Positions 1 to 11,675 of a stretch of 64,000 nt of DNA are shown in pieces. Where the stretch lies: NCBI GenBank assembly GCA_963733675.1, contig CAVTET010000006.1, positions 199,961 through 263,960 of the forward strand, given 5' to 3'. The position numbers were made by a program, and so were the translations under genes. Every line of letters starts with the position of its first letter. The stretch's first letter is position 1. The notes beneath the pieces were generated by a model, which made no database searches, was not told the DNA's origin, and worked only from the letters and a program-made list of their open reading frames with translations. Source of the DNA: an uncultured Methanosarcinaceae archaeon. GTDB lineage: Archaea > Halobacteriota > Methanosarcinia > Methanosarcinales > Methanosarcinaceae.

Positions 1-1993
1 AGAAGTCACAAATGTGCAGATCGCAAGGGCACGTTTTTCAGCCCTTTCTCCGAAAGATGTAAAGAAAGCCTTCGAGAGCCTGGTGGAACCAGATTATAAC
101 ATGGCAATGGCTGCAGAAGCCAGGCAGATTCTAGATCTGAAGATGGGCGCGGCATTTACTCGTTTTGTCACACTTTCAGTCAGGGAAAAGGCAAGGACAA
201 AAGATATTCTTTCAATAGGCCCGTGCCAAACTCCGACATGTGGGTTTGTTTACGAACGAGAAAAAGCAATTCGGGCTTTTAAGGCAAAGGACTTCTGGAA
301 AATTACAGCAATTTTCTCTGCAGAAGGAGGGGAATTCGAAGGTTCCCATAGGGCAGGAAATATTCATGAAAAAGAAAAAGCTGCTGAGATCTTCAAGAAG
401 CTGAAAGGTACAAAAGAAGGACGGATTGCAAAAAAGACCGTAAAGGAAACAAAAACAAGCCCTCCGAACCCTTTGAATACCACTGAATTCCTAAAAAGGG
501 CCTCTAAATTTCTTGGAATCAGCCCGGAAATCGCACTTGAGGTTGCAGAACAGCTTTATCTTGCAGGATTCACCAGCTACCCTCGAACAGAGACAAATAA
601 ATATGCAGATGATTTCGATTTCCAGTCCATTGTCCTTGATTTTGCGCGGCAAAATGAGTACAGACCTTTTGCCGAATCTATCCTTATAGCTCCGATAGTT
701 CCGAAAAATGGAAATAGAGATGGCCATGACCACCCTCCTATCCATCCTATCAGAGCTGCATCGCGAGGAGAGGTAAGTTCTGCAGTAAACATCCCTCAAG
801 CACCAGATGTTTATGACCTTATAGTAAGGCACTTTCTGGCTAATCTCATGCTTGCAGCGATTTTTGAGAAGACCCACCTACACTTGCTCGTGCAGGAAGA
901 TACATTTGACTCAACAGGAACAGTACTCAAAAATTCAGGCTGGCTTGAAGTCTATCCCTTTGAGAACAGAAAAGATAAGCTTCTCCCTTTTGTAGAGGAG
1001 GGACAAAAAGTTGGGATAAAAAAGCTCAGCAACATAAAGGCCAAGACCAACCCTCCAAAAAAACTGACCGAAGCCGAACTTCTGACACTTATGGATAAAC
1101 ATGGAATTGGAACAAAGGCCACAGCTCCAACTCATATCGAAACAAACAAAAAACGAGGGTACTTTGAAACCAATGGAAAAACGATTTCGATTTTGGATAC
1201 AGGTTTTACCCTTATGGAAGGGCTTTTTCTCACTGTTCCCATTCTCGTGAGGCCAGATATTAGGGCAAAGATCGAAGCGCTGATCCAGGAAGTAGAAGAT
1301 GGGAAAAAAAAGTTTGAAGTTGCTCTTGAAGAGGGTACTGCCTTGGTCAGGGAGATGTACGCCCAGCTTGAAGCAAATAAAAAGGAGCTGACTTTTAGCA
1401 TAGCAGGTACTATTAAAGATGAGGCTGCTCTTGAGGACAAAAAAAACTATATCGGGACCTGTAAGACTTGTGGACATATACTAAGGATCGTACAGACAGA
1501 TTCAGGACGCTTTGTTGGTTGTACAGGTTATCCAGACTGTAGAAAGGCTTATCCTTTGCCGAAAACTGGAGCTTTGACCCTGCTCCGGAGCAAGGAATGT
1601 AAAAAGGAAGGGGCAGCTGTTCTGAAGGTAGGAAATAAATACAACTGGGCTTTAGGCATAGGGCCCTGCTTTAAATGCGATCTTGAAAAGGAATGTCACC
1701 CTCCGGAAACTGTCGGACCCTGCCCGGAATGTGACGGAAGGATGTTCCTTATCACTTACAAAGACAACCGTTTCCTGGCATGTACAAAGCGTTGTGGGTA
1801 CACGCATTCAGTACCCAAAACAGGAAAAATGGCTATGCTTAACGAAACCTGTGAAATATGCGGTTGGGCAATCTTCAGGTTAAAAGAAGACGGCAAAAAC
1901 TCTGAAGAAGATTTCTGTTTAAACAAACGCTGTAAAGGAGGCAGAAAATACTGGAAAAAACAGGCTATGGAATTGAAGATCAAATTTCGATAA
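1..1993 (+). CDS. topA: DNA topoisomerase I (type IA) with C-terminal Zn-ribbon repeats; 5' end lies upstream of the window
   Basis: Type IA motifs EARQILDL, SIGPCQTPT, LYLAGFTSYPRTE (catalytic Tyr), GIGTKAT; several C-terminal CxxC zinc ribbons; the TOPRIM start is missing, so the gene begins before base 1. Confidence 0.93.
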   Translation, partial: EVTNVQIARARFSALSPKDVKKAFESLVEPDYNMAMAAEARQILDLKMGAAFTRFVTLSVREKARTKDILSIGPCQTPTCGFVYEREKAIRAFKAKDFWKITAIFSAEGGEFEGSHRAGNIHEKEKAAEIFKKLKGTKEGRIAKKTVKETKTSPPNPLNTTEFLKRASKFLGISPEIALEVAEQLYLAGFTSYPRTETNKYADDFDFQSIVLDFARQNEYRPFAESILIAPIVPKNGNRDGHDHPPIHPIRAASRGEVSSAVNIPQAPDVYDLIVRHFLANLMLAAIFEKTHLHLLVQEDTFDSTGTVLKNSGWLEVYPFENRKDKLLPFVEEGQKVGIKKLSNIKAKTNPPKKLTEAELLTLMDKHGIGTKATAPTHIETNKKRGYFETNGKTISILDTGFTLMEGLFLTVPILVRPDIRAKIEALIQEVEDGKKKFEVALEEGTALVREMYAQLEANKKELTFSIAGTIKDEAALEDKKNYIGTCKTCGHILRIVQTDSGRFVGCTGYPDCRKAYPLPKTGALTLLRSKECKKEGAAVLKVGNKYNWALGIGPCFKCDLEKECHPPETVGPCPECDGRMFLITYKDNRFLACTKRCGYTHSVPKTGKMAMLNETCEICGWAIFRLKEDGKNSEEDFCLNKRCKGGRKYWKKQAMELKIKFR

Positions 1994-2119
1994 AATTTTC
2001 TGCAAGCACGCTAGTAAACTCAGCAACAAGCATCATAATAAGGAAGATTTCGAAATTATCTGTTGTAGGCTGGAAAAAATCATAGGTGACTACTCATAAA
2101 AAGAGTATTAATTAAAATA

Positions 2120-2235
2120 GCATAGCTATCTTTGAAATCAAAGAATAATGAACCCGAAAAGAAAAAATCGGATCAAATACAGAAATTGGTGAGAAAGATT
2201 TGGATAGGATTCCCGCAATGAAAAAAATAAGAGGT
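2120..2235 (+). mobile_element. Fragment of the IS5-family 3' non-coding end
   Basis: agctatctttgaaatcaaag...gatcaaatacagaaattggtgagaaagatttggataggatt matches 63743-63830, 48990-49050 and the reverse complement of 36790-36880. Confidence 0.65.
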
Positions 2236-2569
2236 ATATATGCATATCTCAAATTATGATTCTGTCAAATTCAGGACATAATTCAAGGATACGGACAATA
2301 AACAAAATGTGTACATACTAGAAGTGGAGTCATTTTTATTGTCATAATCAACGATTCCATCACTTTCAATAATTTTTATGTTTCTATTTTGATTTGTAGA
2401 AATATTTTTGGAACTGACAATATTCGGAATTACTTACAGCAAAAAGTTAAATATATCTTGAATTCAATTTCTCTGTATTCGGTTTAATTAAACACTATAT
2501 CAAATTAAATTATATATGTAATTATATTAAAATTTATTAGATACTAATATCTACATACTGGAGTATCTT

Positions 2570-2809
2570 ATGAATGAATTAGTAGGTTTTGTGAACGGAA
2601 ATAATGTAAGACAAAAAGTGCTCTCCTTACTTTCCTCAAAAGGAAAAATGGAAGAAAAAAGAATATCTAAAACTCTAAGAGTTGTATCTCCAATTATTGC
2701 AAAGACCCTACAGGAGCTTGAGGAGAAAGAATTAATTGCAAAAAAGGACGAAATGTACTTCCTGACCGAAACCGGAGCAAAAGTGGAAAAAATGATTCAG
2801 CAAATATAA
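2570..2809 (+). CDS. Small winged-helix (ArsR/MarR-like) DNA-binding protein
   Basis: 79 aa; R.KVL..L...TLQELEEKELI...YFLTETG wHTH pattern; GGAG ribosome-binding site upstream. Confidence 0.75.
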   Translation: MNELVGFVNGNNVRQKVLSLLSSKGKMEEKRISKTLRVVSPIIAKTLQELEEKELIAKKDEMYFLTETGAKVEKMIQQI

Positions 2810-2999
2810 CATTGTATTCACTTTATTTTTATCATATCTACTTTTTTGTTTTACTCACTCCTTTTCATCACATTCGATACTTGGTCTGTCCCCGAGTCTT
2901 GATCTAATCTGAAAAACTAGTGAATTCACATTTATGGGGAAAATTTAGAGAGATTCTGATGTTATGAGTTCCAATAGCTACAGGTATTATACAATATCA

Positions 3000-3853
3000 G
3001 GTTCCGTTGCAAAAACTTCAAAAAAATATGTAAATCTATAAGTGATTAATAAAAATCAAAACATTCAAGGAAAATGTACTAACATTATAAAACTATACCA
3101 AATAATTGATTAATGTATTTGACTTCATTAAGAACAGAGTAATTTAGATCGATTACTTGTCCTTTTTTGATCATATTCATAGCTTCAATTCTTTTTAAAG
3201 TTTTATTAGCAGATCGAAAAAACTGAAATCCTAACATTGGATTAACGATTCGCTTTATAGATCTATGATCTTGTTCTATAATGTTATTCAAATACTTGAT
3301 TTGTCGAATGCCTACGTTTTTAGGTAGTATTTTATCAATTTTTAGTTTATCTATAGCAGGTGGATAAGCTGGATTCTTATCAACGGTTATTAATCTTGGA
3401 ATTTGATTATGATTAGAACTTAAAGCTTTCTTAAAGAATCTCTTCGCTGCCTTTCTATCTCGTTTTGCACTTAACATGAAATCAATTGTATCTCCATTTG
3501 AGTCAACTGCTCGGTAAAAATATTTCCATTTACCTTTTACTTTGATATAGGTTTCATCAACTCTCCACGAATCATTTGCTGGTCTTAAATGTCTTCTTAT
3601 CTTCTTTTCTATTTCAGGGGAATATTGATGTACCCATCTCATTCTAGTACTGTGATCAACTTGAATTCCTCTTTCTATCATCATTCCCTTTAAATTTCTA
3701 TAGCTCAATGGATATTTTAAGTACCATCTTACATTCAATAGGATAATTTCTCCTTCATAATGCTTCCATTTAAAGGAATTAGATAGCATATTACTATCTT
3801 TGGTTTTCTTTTTATTCTATTGTATCATTAGAAAGGATTTTTGCAACGGAACC
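3000..3853 (-). mobile_element. IS6-family insertion sequence, copy 1 (transposase 3085-3789)
   Basis: Terminal IRs GGTTCCGTTGCAAAA at 3000 and its reverse complement ending at 3853; 234-aa DDE transposase with WRVDETY, YRAVD, TVDKN, NNIIEQDHR. Confidence 0.97.
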
Positions 3854-4004
3854 CTTCTTGTGCTCTCAGTGCCTCTTTTTATAGCGGGACAATGAAGGTC
3901 GATAGAATACCTCAGGATCCACTATGTGAACTTTTATGAAAGTCTGAAAAACCAGGAAAATCAGAAGCAATTAATAAATATAAAAAAAGGAGAAAGGTAT
4001 AGAA

Positions 4005-4979
4005 ATGAATGCGAAAGTTATAGGCCTTGATATTGGAGGAGCGAATACTAAGCTGGCATCATCAGATGGAACTCTAGTAGAACTGCACTACCAGCCTCTA
4101 TGGAAAAATAGCAAAATCTCTGAAGTTTTGAAGGATATAGCATATAGATTACAACCAGAAAAAGTTGCCGTTGTTATGACAGGGGAACTTGCAGACTGTT
4201 TTGAAACTAAAGGTCAAGGTATTCTCTTTATAAAGGAAGCAGTTGATTCTGCATTTGGATCACCAAAAGTCTCGTATATAAATTGCATGGGTAGATTTCA
4301 GAGTGAAACTGACAAACTAACAGACCTTGCTGCTGCTAACTGGGTGGCTTCAGTCATGCTAGTAGGAGCAGAGCTTGGAGACTGTATTTTTGTGGACGTA
4401 GGCAGTACCACAACTGACATTATTCCGATAATTTTCAGGGAACACAAAGCAGGGATAACTGACTTTGAACGCTTAATGCGGAGTGAACTTGTATATTCAG
4501 GTGTACTCAGAACAAACATTGCTACTCTTCTTGAAAAAATAAAAATTGAACAGAGATCGTGCAGAATCGCTTCAGAGTTCTTTGCAATAACCGCAGATGT
4601 GTATATATTGCTTGGGAAAATCAATGAAAATATTTACACATGCGAGACTGCAGATGGAGCTGGAAGGAGCAAAACTGATGCTATGCGTAGGATTGCAAGG
4701 CTTGTCTGTGCCGATCTTTCAGAAATCCGAGTAAAGGATATATATGAAATAGCAAGTCAAGTGCATGAAAAACAGATATCTACCCTAACTGAAGTGATTT
4801 ATGAAGTTGCGAAAAGGAATGAGCTCAAGAGAATAGTAGCTGCAGGACTTGGGGAGTTTCTCATAAAAGAAGCTACAGAAAGACTCGGTTTTGAATGCAT
4901 TTCGGTTTCTGGACACTGGGGAGAAAAAATATCAAGAATTTTCCCAGCATACGCTGCTGCTCGACTACTTGATAAATGA
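4005..4979 (+). CDS. mfnF: Hydantoinase A/ASKHA-family H4MPT-linked C1 pathway protein, probable methanofuran biosynthesis enzyme MfnF
   Basis: GLDIGGANTK, VMTGELADCF, AAANW, DVGSTTTDIIP, ELVYSGVLRT, TADGAG motifs. Confidence 0.7.
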   Translation: MNAKVIGLDIGGANTKLASSDGTLVELHYQPLWKNSKISEVLKDIAYRLQPEKVAVVMTGELADCFETKGQGILFIKEAVDSAFGSPKVSYINCMGRFQSETDKLTDLAAANWVASVMLVGAELGDCIFVDVGSTTTDIIPIIFREHKAGITDFERLMRSELVYSGVLRTNIATLLEKIKIEQRSCRIASEFFAITADVYILLGKINENIYTCETADGAGRSKTDAMRRIARLVCADLSEIRVKDIYEIASQVHEKQISTLTEVIYEVAKRNELKRIVAAGLGEFLIKEATERLGFECISVSGHWGEKISRIFPAYAAARLLDK

Positions 4980-5016
4980 AATATCAACTCCAAGATAAGC
5001 AAAAGGAATACCAAAG

Positions 5017-5490
5017 AGGATCTCGATAAATCCCATTCATTTGAATATTGGAGAATTTAAATCTCCTAACAATAATTTTTATTCATGAAAACTTTTAATT
5101 ATTTGGCTCTTTATAGAGAATACAATCATTTTTAGTCAGTTGGAGACAAACTTGATGAAATTGATTCCTTAATTGATTGGAAATCTTTTAGTACCATTTT
5201 CGAAGCCATATATTTTAACAAAACATTTTTATGAGGTATATCTGAAGCTGATGTAATCATTATGTCAAAAATATTTGTTTGACAGAAATTGCATGGCCTT
5301 TCAAACTTTGAACTTGAGAAACAATGTATTGATCTAATTCCTTTCAGAAAATTTCTTGGTTTTCCTTAGCACATACAAGACAGTACTATAGCCTAATAAT
5401 TCAGAAAAAAAATATTGATAACTGAAAAGAAGAAGAAATAGAGGGATAGTTGCAAAGCCAACTTAATCACCTTGGTTTGAAAATATAAAG
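5017..5490 (+). pseudogene. Decayed IS5-family transposase, 5' part
   Basis: Broken translation VGDKLDEIDSLIDWK...WHGLS.FELEKQCID..SFRKFLGF; same left end as at 23650 and 48290. Confidence 0.75.
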
Positions 5491-5643
5491 CTTATTTATC
5501 CTCCGGAACTTTTTAAGGGTTCGGATAAGATTTTTCAGGTGAAAAGTTTTCTTGGATAACTCTGCCGCAAAGATACTGATAAGGAAATGATACAAGAAAA
5601 TCAACTATTGATAAGTCCTGGAAAAATAATCTATCAACATTTA

Positions 5644-6153
5644 TCAACGGTTATTCTTGTTGTGAATGATCTCATAGCTTACTTTTCCTCTGTCTACACA
5701 CTCCCTAATAAGCTTTTCCCGTTTAGATAAAGTGTCGGTTTTTCCTGATTTGACCTCAATAAAGATCACTTTTTTCATTTCTCCCTCGGAAAGGCCGTCA
5801 AAGACTATGAAATCCACTGGTGTACCAAGAAAGCGTGCATCCTTAGGATTGTACTCGAAGTCAGGGAAATAAGGGATCAGGTGTTCAGTTACCTTGCCCC
5901 TAGTGACAGCTTCGCTTTTCTTTACTGCATCCTGGCGAATTTTTTTTTCCTCATCCAGTTTCCAGGTCCTAAAGAGGGTATCGGCTTTTTCAGAGACCTG
6001 GCGATCCATTTCCCTATTCTGCCAAGATTCATACAAATCTCTGGCACGGGACTCGACCAAGCCCCTTAGCTGGATATATTTCAGGAGCAGGTAAGCTGCA
6101 AAAAGGGCAAGAAAAAGAATAAGCGTCGAATTCACCCAGTTGTTCATGGCCAT
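5644..6153 (-). CDS. Membrane-anchored Holliday-junction-resolvase-like endonuclease (Endonuc_Holl family)
   Basis: N-terminal TM helix, coiled coil, IRQDAVKKSEAV.RGKVTEHLIP, RFLGTPVDFIVFDG, FIEVKSG PD-(D/E)xK motif. Confidence 0.8.
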   Translation of the reverse strand: MAMNNWVNSTLILFLALFAAYLLLKYIQLRGLVESRARDLYESWQNREMDRQVSEKADTLFRTWKLDEEKKIRQDAVKKSEAVTRGKVTEHLIPYFPDFEYNPKDARFLGTPVDFIVFDGLSEGEMKKVIFIEVKSGKTDTLSKREKLIRECVDRGKVSYEIIHNKNNR

Positions 6154-6419
6154 TCTCAGAAAAAGATTAAATTTACTATATTTTGGGAAGGAATTCCCAG
6201 TAGTTAATATTAGTTGTAGTTCAGAATGACTATACTTATTCTTTTCTTATTTTTAATCAATAGTTCATAGGATAAAAACTTCATCCCAAAATCTCAGAAA
6301 TACTTCTAAAACCCCCTGAATTTCGTCATATGCTTATTTAATGTATATAAATGATTTGTGAAAATCAGAAATTTATCGAAAGATTCTTTGATTCGATTTT
6401 TTGCAATTCCCCTAGAAAA

Positions 6420-6860
6420 TTAAACGTTATAAATTTTTGAGGTAGAAATTTTTCATGAGATAGGCTTCCTTCATTGAGTGGAGTTGTTCTGAATGGATAT
6501 TAATATACGGATGAATTTCCCAGAGAGTGAATCAAAAAATTAGGGGAACAAGGCAAATTCTAATGCAGATTGCTCAGGCAGCTGCAAGAAAAAAAATAGT
6601 ATGTTAAAAAAGTTATCTAACTAGGAGAAGGCTCACTTGAATATGCAAAAGCAAGTATTGCTCCATAAAGAAAAGTTACCACAATTATATGATATCTGGT
6701 TACAATGAGGAAATACTCGAAAATGGAACCGTATATCAAAAGAGAAAAATTCAAAAGATAAAGGTTGTTGAGGTATAAACATTCTTGTTTATTAAATATT
6801 TTAAAATACTTGTTAAAATAATTACAATTCAGGAAAAGAGAGTGAAGATATTACTTGAGG
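6420..6860 (+). pseudogene. Decayed IS110-family transposase, C-terminal part
   Basis: Broken translation QIAQAAARKKNSMLK... characteristic of Methanosarcina IS110 C-termini; homologous to 37690-37995. Confidence 0.6.
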
Positions 6861-6892
6861 AACCCGTTTCATGTACTTTCATTTTAAATTAA

Positions 6893-8757
6893 CGGTGAAC
6901 TCCCCCTCTCTGTCAGGTTTATATCCTTCGATGAAGGGGCTTCCTTCGAGTAATTCCTTCACGTGTTCTCAAGTTTGAGATCCATCGGGAATTCTGTATT
7001 GTCGAAGATATCAACAATTTGTTGATAGCCCGTCCACAAGACATTTTGTTATAGGAAATGTAACATAATACTGATAGAACTATTTAGATCCCTATCAATA
7101 TTGTTCCCGCCACCACAAATCATAACTCACTTCCAAGAAGGCATATCATGAAGTTTTCACAGAACAATATTTCTAGTTGTTGTTCTTCGTCAATTCTTAT
7201 TCACTTTTACCAATAAGTTTTGCTTATCGGTCATGAATTGAACAAATTTACATACTTTACCTAGAACCTCAATCGAATGATTTTGCCCTTTATTTTGTTT
7301 AGTTTTCTTTTCCTTTTTACCGTCTTTTACTTTAGGTTGAGCCATTTATGCACACTAAGGTCATCTACTATGATAGTTTTAGCTTTAGTGTTTTCAACCA
7401 TAGTTTTGGAAAGTTTTTGTTGAAAATCTTTAACTTGATTTACTTTCTTTTGACTCATTTTAGTAACTGGTTTAGCTATTCTTAGATATGTCTTACTTTT
7501 TGTAGGACCTTTTAACGCCAATACAATGATCCTTGATTTAGCTTTATCAATCTTAGGATCCCAATAATTATCAGGTCTAGATGATTTTACTTCGAAAAAT
7601 TTACCATAAGTATTGATAGCAGTAATTATCTTCGTGATACCTAAATCAATAGCTTAATATATTCAGTTATCAAAATAAAAATCTTCATATCCAATTCATA
7701 AGCAACGCAAATAAAAAATTTACCTCTTGCTTTGTAAGGATTATCGTTTAAAATTTCAACATGTTTGATTTTCAACCATTAACTAAATTACCTACATCAA
7801 AGGATATAGAAACATCATTCACATTACGTGAAAATGTAATTATATTATTTTTAACTTTGAAGCCGCTTTGATTGTAGGTTAGAGTCATAAGATAATTCCT
7901 ACCTTTGAAGCTAGGTGGTCATGCTTTCAAATCTCCAGTTTTAATATGGCCAAAAAAGGAATGATAACTACCATCAAGTTTTTTCAAGATACCTTGAAGT
8001 GTTTTGGAATATACTATGTTGAATTCAGTACTCCATTTTTTTGAAATCATGAAGTTTATTTTGTTTTTCAGCGTATTTTACACTACGCATTTCTTTATCA
8101 TAAGCATCCTTTCTATTCGCAAGAGCGAAGTTATAGACAATCCTACATTTGTCAGACCGTTCCCAATGCACATTAGTCTGTTCTTCAGTTGCATAAATCT
8201 GTATTTTCTTTGCTAGTTGCATGTTTGCTCTGACTCTCAACATATTTTTTTAAAATATCAAATGTCAATTGTCTTTTTGTTGCTATGAAATATGATCTTA
8301 ACCAGAATGTGTCTTACCACAACATTGTTTTAACATCAGAAAAATTTCTTCTGATTTCTCTTGAAGAGATTGTTTTGATAGTGTTGATATATTTTGGAAT
8401 ATCCAATGTTGGTTTTGAGGTTAAAATCATGTGAAAATAATCTATATCACACCCACCATTTAGAAATTTTACATCAAAAGTTTTGCTTATATCATTGATT
8501 TTGGATTTTAGTGAATACACTATCTTTTGACTATGAAGAGTTTTTCTTCGGCATTTTACGCATTGTATAAAAGGATAGTTGATTGTATAAACAGAATAAT
8601 TCTATTGATCGAGGTTATACTTTATAGTTTTAATTTTAAAGTAAAAACTATAACTATCTATATCTTTTCCATCTTAAAAAGGATCGAAAGTTGATGGCTT
8701 TTATCCCATACGTGCCACTCTGATGCGTGTTGAAGAAGGGGACTTCTCGCCTTAGAG
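6893..8757 (-). mobile_element. Degenerate IS200/IS605 element: tnpA (~8300-8620) and tnpB (~7000-8243), both pseudogenised
   Basis: TnpA fragment DYFHMIL..KPTLDIPKYINTIKTISSRE; TnpB fragments CRIVYNFALA, KQVKDFQQKLSKTMVENTKAKTIIVDDL, DRDLNSSI; subterminal hairpins at 6895-6943 and 8700-8757. Confidence 0.85.
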
Positions 8758-9383
8758 TTAAAAGACTTAAACTCCACTATGCTAAACTGCATATAAGCTT
8801 GTCTAAATTCTCTACAGTATGCGACTATGTAAAGTTCTAGAAGCACGACTTATTTAATTTATTTTTGCTGAAAAATATAAATATTCAGAGAATATATTAA
8901 AACTGACAACAATATTTTTTTGGTAGATATCTCTGGAAGATCGTGGAAATAATGCATAAATTTGCAAAGTGCTCTCTAAAAAATGAATATTTAGCCAGAT
9001 AGCATTTCGAAAAATTTCCAAATCGAAGAAAATCTAAATGGAAATTGGAAAAATTAAATTCTATGTTTTTTTGCCTCTAAATACACTACTTTGCCACTTT
9101 TAGCCCCTACCTAAAGTTTAATAAATTTGTTTTAGTCTGAAAATCGAAGACAAGAGAAACTTTGAATATATGAACTTTTACTAGAGAAAGTGAAATAGAT
9201 AAGGTATTCAATACTAACCTCAGATTTCAGTACAATTGAATGAACGAAAAAGAGTGAAAAAACTGAATGCTTCTGAAACATAATTCGGGGCGTATTACAG
9301 AGCACAACTCTTCAAAGATAAAATTGATTAATGATCGTGTTTTTACTTAGCTAAACAGATTCGAATCTTGCAAAATAGGTAGG

Positions 9384-10247
9384 TTGAACATGGAAAAGAA
9401 CGTTATGGATGCTCTCCTGGAGATTATCGAGATACGAGCTTTGACGAACAGAGCAAGAGTTGCTATGGGAATACGGGATCCAAATTTTAAGGTTCTCGAA
9501 AGTGCGTGGAAAGCCCAGGAAAAAGGGTATGCACAGGTCATCCTGGTAGGTAGCAAAAAGGAAATCGATAAAATTGGAACAGAGCTTGAGGTAGTAGATA
9601 CCGAGGATCCAGAAAAAGTTATTGTGGAACTCTTGATATCGAGAAAAATCGATGCAGCTATAAGGGGAACTGCAAAGTCATCTGGAACCCTTGCACATCT
9701 CAAAGAAGCACTTGGAAAGAAAAGCGTCTGCAGACTTGCACTACTTCTGACAGCTGCTGGGAAGCCATTCTTTCTTGCCCCTGTAGGGATCGATGAAGGT
9801 AATACCATTGCAGATAAGATTCACATGATTACTCTGGGTTCCGAATATATCAGTAGATTAGGAATCAACCCTGTAATAGGTGTGCTCTCAGGTGGTAGAA
9901 TTGAAGATATTGGTCGGAACACAATTGTGGACAGAACCCTCGCAGATGGTGAATTAGTTGCAAATATGGCTAGGAAACTTGGGATGAATGCTAAACATTA
10001 CACCATTCTTATTGAAGATGCCATAAAAGAATCTAACTTTATCGTTGCCCCAAACGGGATCTCAGGAAATCTTATCTTTCGGACTGTTGCTTTCCTTGGT
10101 GGAGGTGACGGACTTGGAGCTCCTGTGCTAATGGATGATTACGTTTTTGTGGATACTTCAAGGGCAGGAGGGCATTTTACTAAAGCCATAATGCTTGCGA
10201 GTGCATTATCTCACTTGAATAAGGAACGAAAAAAGAAGACTCAATGA
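9384..10247 (+). CDS. mtxX: Methanogenesis marker protein 4 (MtxX)
   Basis: DAAIRGT, FLAPVGIDEG, GVLSGGR.ED.GR, ILIEDA, APNGISGNLIFR, FVDTSR motifs; start probably ATG at 9390. Confidence 0.88.
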   Translation: MNMEKNVMDALLEIIEIRALTNRARVAMGIRDPNFKVLESAWKAQEKGYAQVILVGSKKEIDKIGTELEVVDTEDPEKVIVELLISRKIDAAIRGTAKSSGTLAHLKEALGKKSVCRLALLLTAAGKPFFLAPVGIDEGNTIADKIHMITLGSEYISRLGINPVIGVLSGGRIEDIGRNTIVDRTLADGELVANMARKLGMNAKHYTILIEDAIKESNFIVAPNGISGNLIFRTVAFLGGGDGLGAPVLMDDYVFVDTSRAGGHFTKAIMLASALSHLNKERKKKTQ

Positions 10248-10806
10248 AAGCTATTGAGACACATGTCTTGTCGTAAAACGTGACTACAAGACAGAAAACA
10301 AAAAGCCCAATATCGCAATCCAACCCTTGAAAGATATGCCTAAGAAAAAGAATTAATGTCCAGCTGTGGAAACTGCATATACTGAAGAACAAAAAGGATT
10401 TATTTCCTTTAGTATCTTTAGATAAGAAGATGCACAAACTGTAGATGGATTTGAGAAAATGAAAGCTCATGAAATCACACAGCAGGATTTCGCTGGGGAG
10501 AAAAATAGATTGCTTAAGGAAAGGAACACCGAAGTAAGTTCGATTGATGTTTGACTGAAGCTATATGATTAGGTTCTTCTAAGGACGACAGATCTACCCA
10601 TTCTTAAGATGCTCCATTATGAGAGAGCTCTCTTTCTCTATTATACAAACAAGGATTTTTTCAAAGAACTTCGAAATGTACGCAAAATGGAATTGATGGC
10701 TCATCAACAAATCAGAACTAAAAGAGTGTCATATTTGCCTTTGAAGACTCCTATCAACAATATAAGAAACTTTCCGGCAGAATGTACACAAATGATGAGA
10801 CTTTAA
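10244..10806 (+). pseudogene. Probable pseudogene of an unknown protein, translationally coupled to mtxX
   Basis: ATG overlaps the mtxX TGA (ATGA); protein-like in-frame stretches separated by stops and frameshifts; no family recognised. Confidence 0.35.
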
Positions 10807-11588
10807 GAGCAAAACCATTCCCTGCAAAGCATTCCATTTCAGATTATAATATTGCAGGGAAGATGGGTGCAGGTGCTCATATTCACCTTATAAATGAACT
10901 GTTAATATTTTAAAATTTTTCAAACAGAAAAATTAACAGAAATAATATATTACAGCTGAAAATAATAACAGATCTATAGATAGTGCTCTATTCTAAAATT
11001 ATGGAACTTGAAGATTATATCTAACTCTTTAAAGAAAAGATAAAAAGGGATTTTTTGGAATTTAATGAATTAGGAAACGAGATCTATACTGGATTTTTGA
11101 TTATGAACCTGAAAAATAGCTTATGGCTTACTATTACAGGGTTCGGAGAGTCATCAGGGGAGCTAAGATAATTTTCAACAACCTAAGTCAACCGGTATAA
11201 AAACTGAAGAATACATAGAACCTCAAACTAGACTTAACAGAATTTTGTATTAATGGAGTCGGTGGGTAATTAATTACATTCAGTACTTTGTGTATCAGAA
11301 CTCACAAGAAACTAAAATTGATATCTCAAACATATAATTTACTTAATACCGATAAAAATTTATTTATGGGTCAGAACATACCCAAAAAGTTGAATACTAG
11401 CTAAATTCTTCCATTATATTTCTGAATATTTATATTTCAGCCATTAAGTTTCTTGAAATAGGATCAGGGGTAAATTGCTTAATAATATTTCCCATAATGT
11501 CCTAGTTGCAGCAAGAATTTAAGTCAAAGGCAGTAGGTTCAGAGTAAAACAAGAGGACTATATTTTATTGAGAAGTAATAATCAATGT

Positions 11589-11675
11589 GCGAGAGTTCAA
11601 AGCCATGCCAGAAATGCCAGTTTCAGAGCCTGGTCTTTTAGAAATTCGGGGGTTTAAATCGCACACCTCACACCA
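11589..11675 (+). pseudogene. Degenerate tRNA-Leu(CAG)
   Basis: GCGAGAG...GCCAGTTTCAGAGCCTGG (anticodon arm with CAG), long variable arm, GGTTTAAATCGCAC (T arm) and CCTCACACCA end; 87 nt with many stem mismatches. Confidence 0.65.

Noticed and set aside
491-1983. Nested ORFs inside topA, and likewise inside purF, thiD, trpB2, apgM and wzt
   Set aside because: Alternative-frame or antisense shadows of well-supported genes
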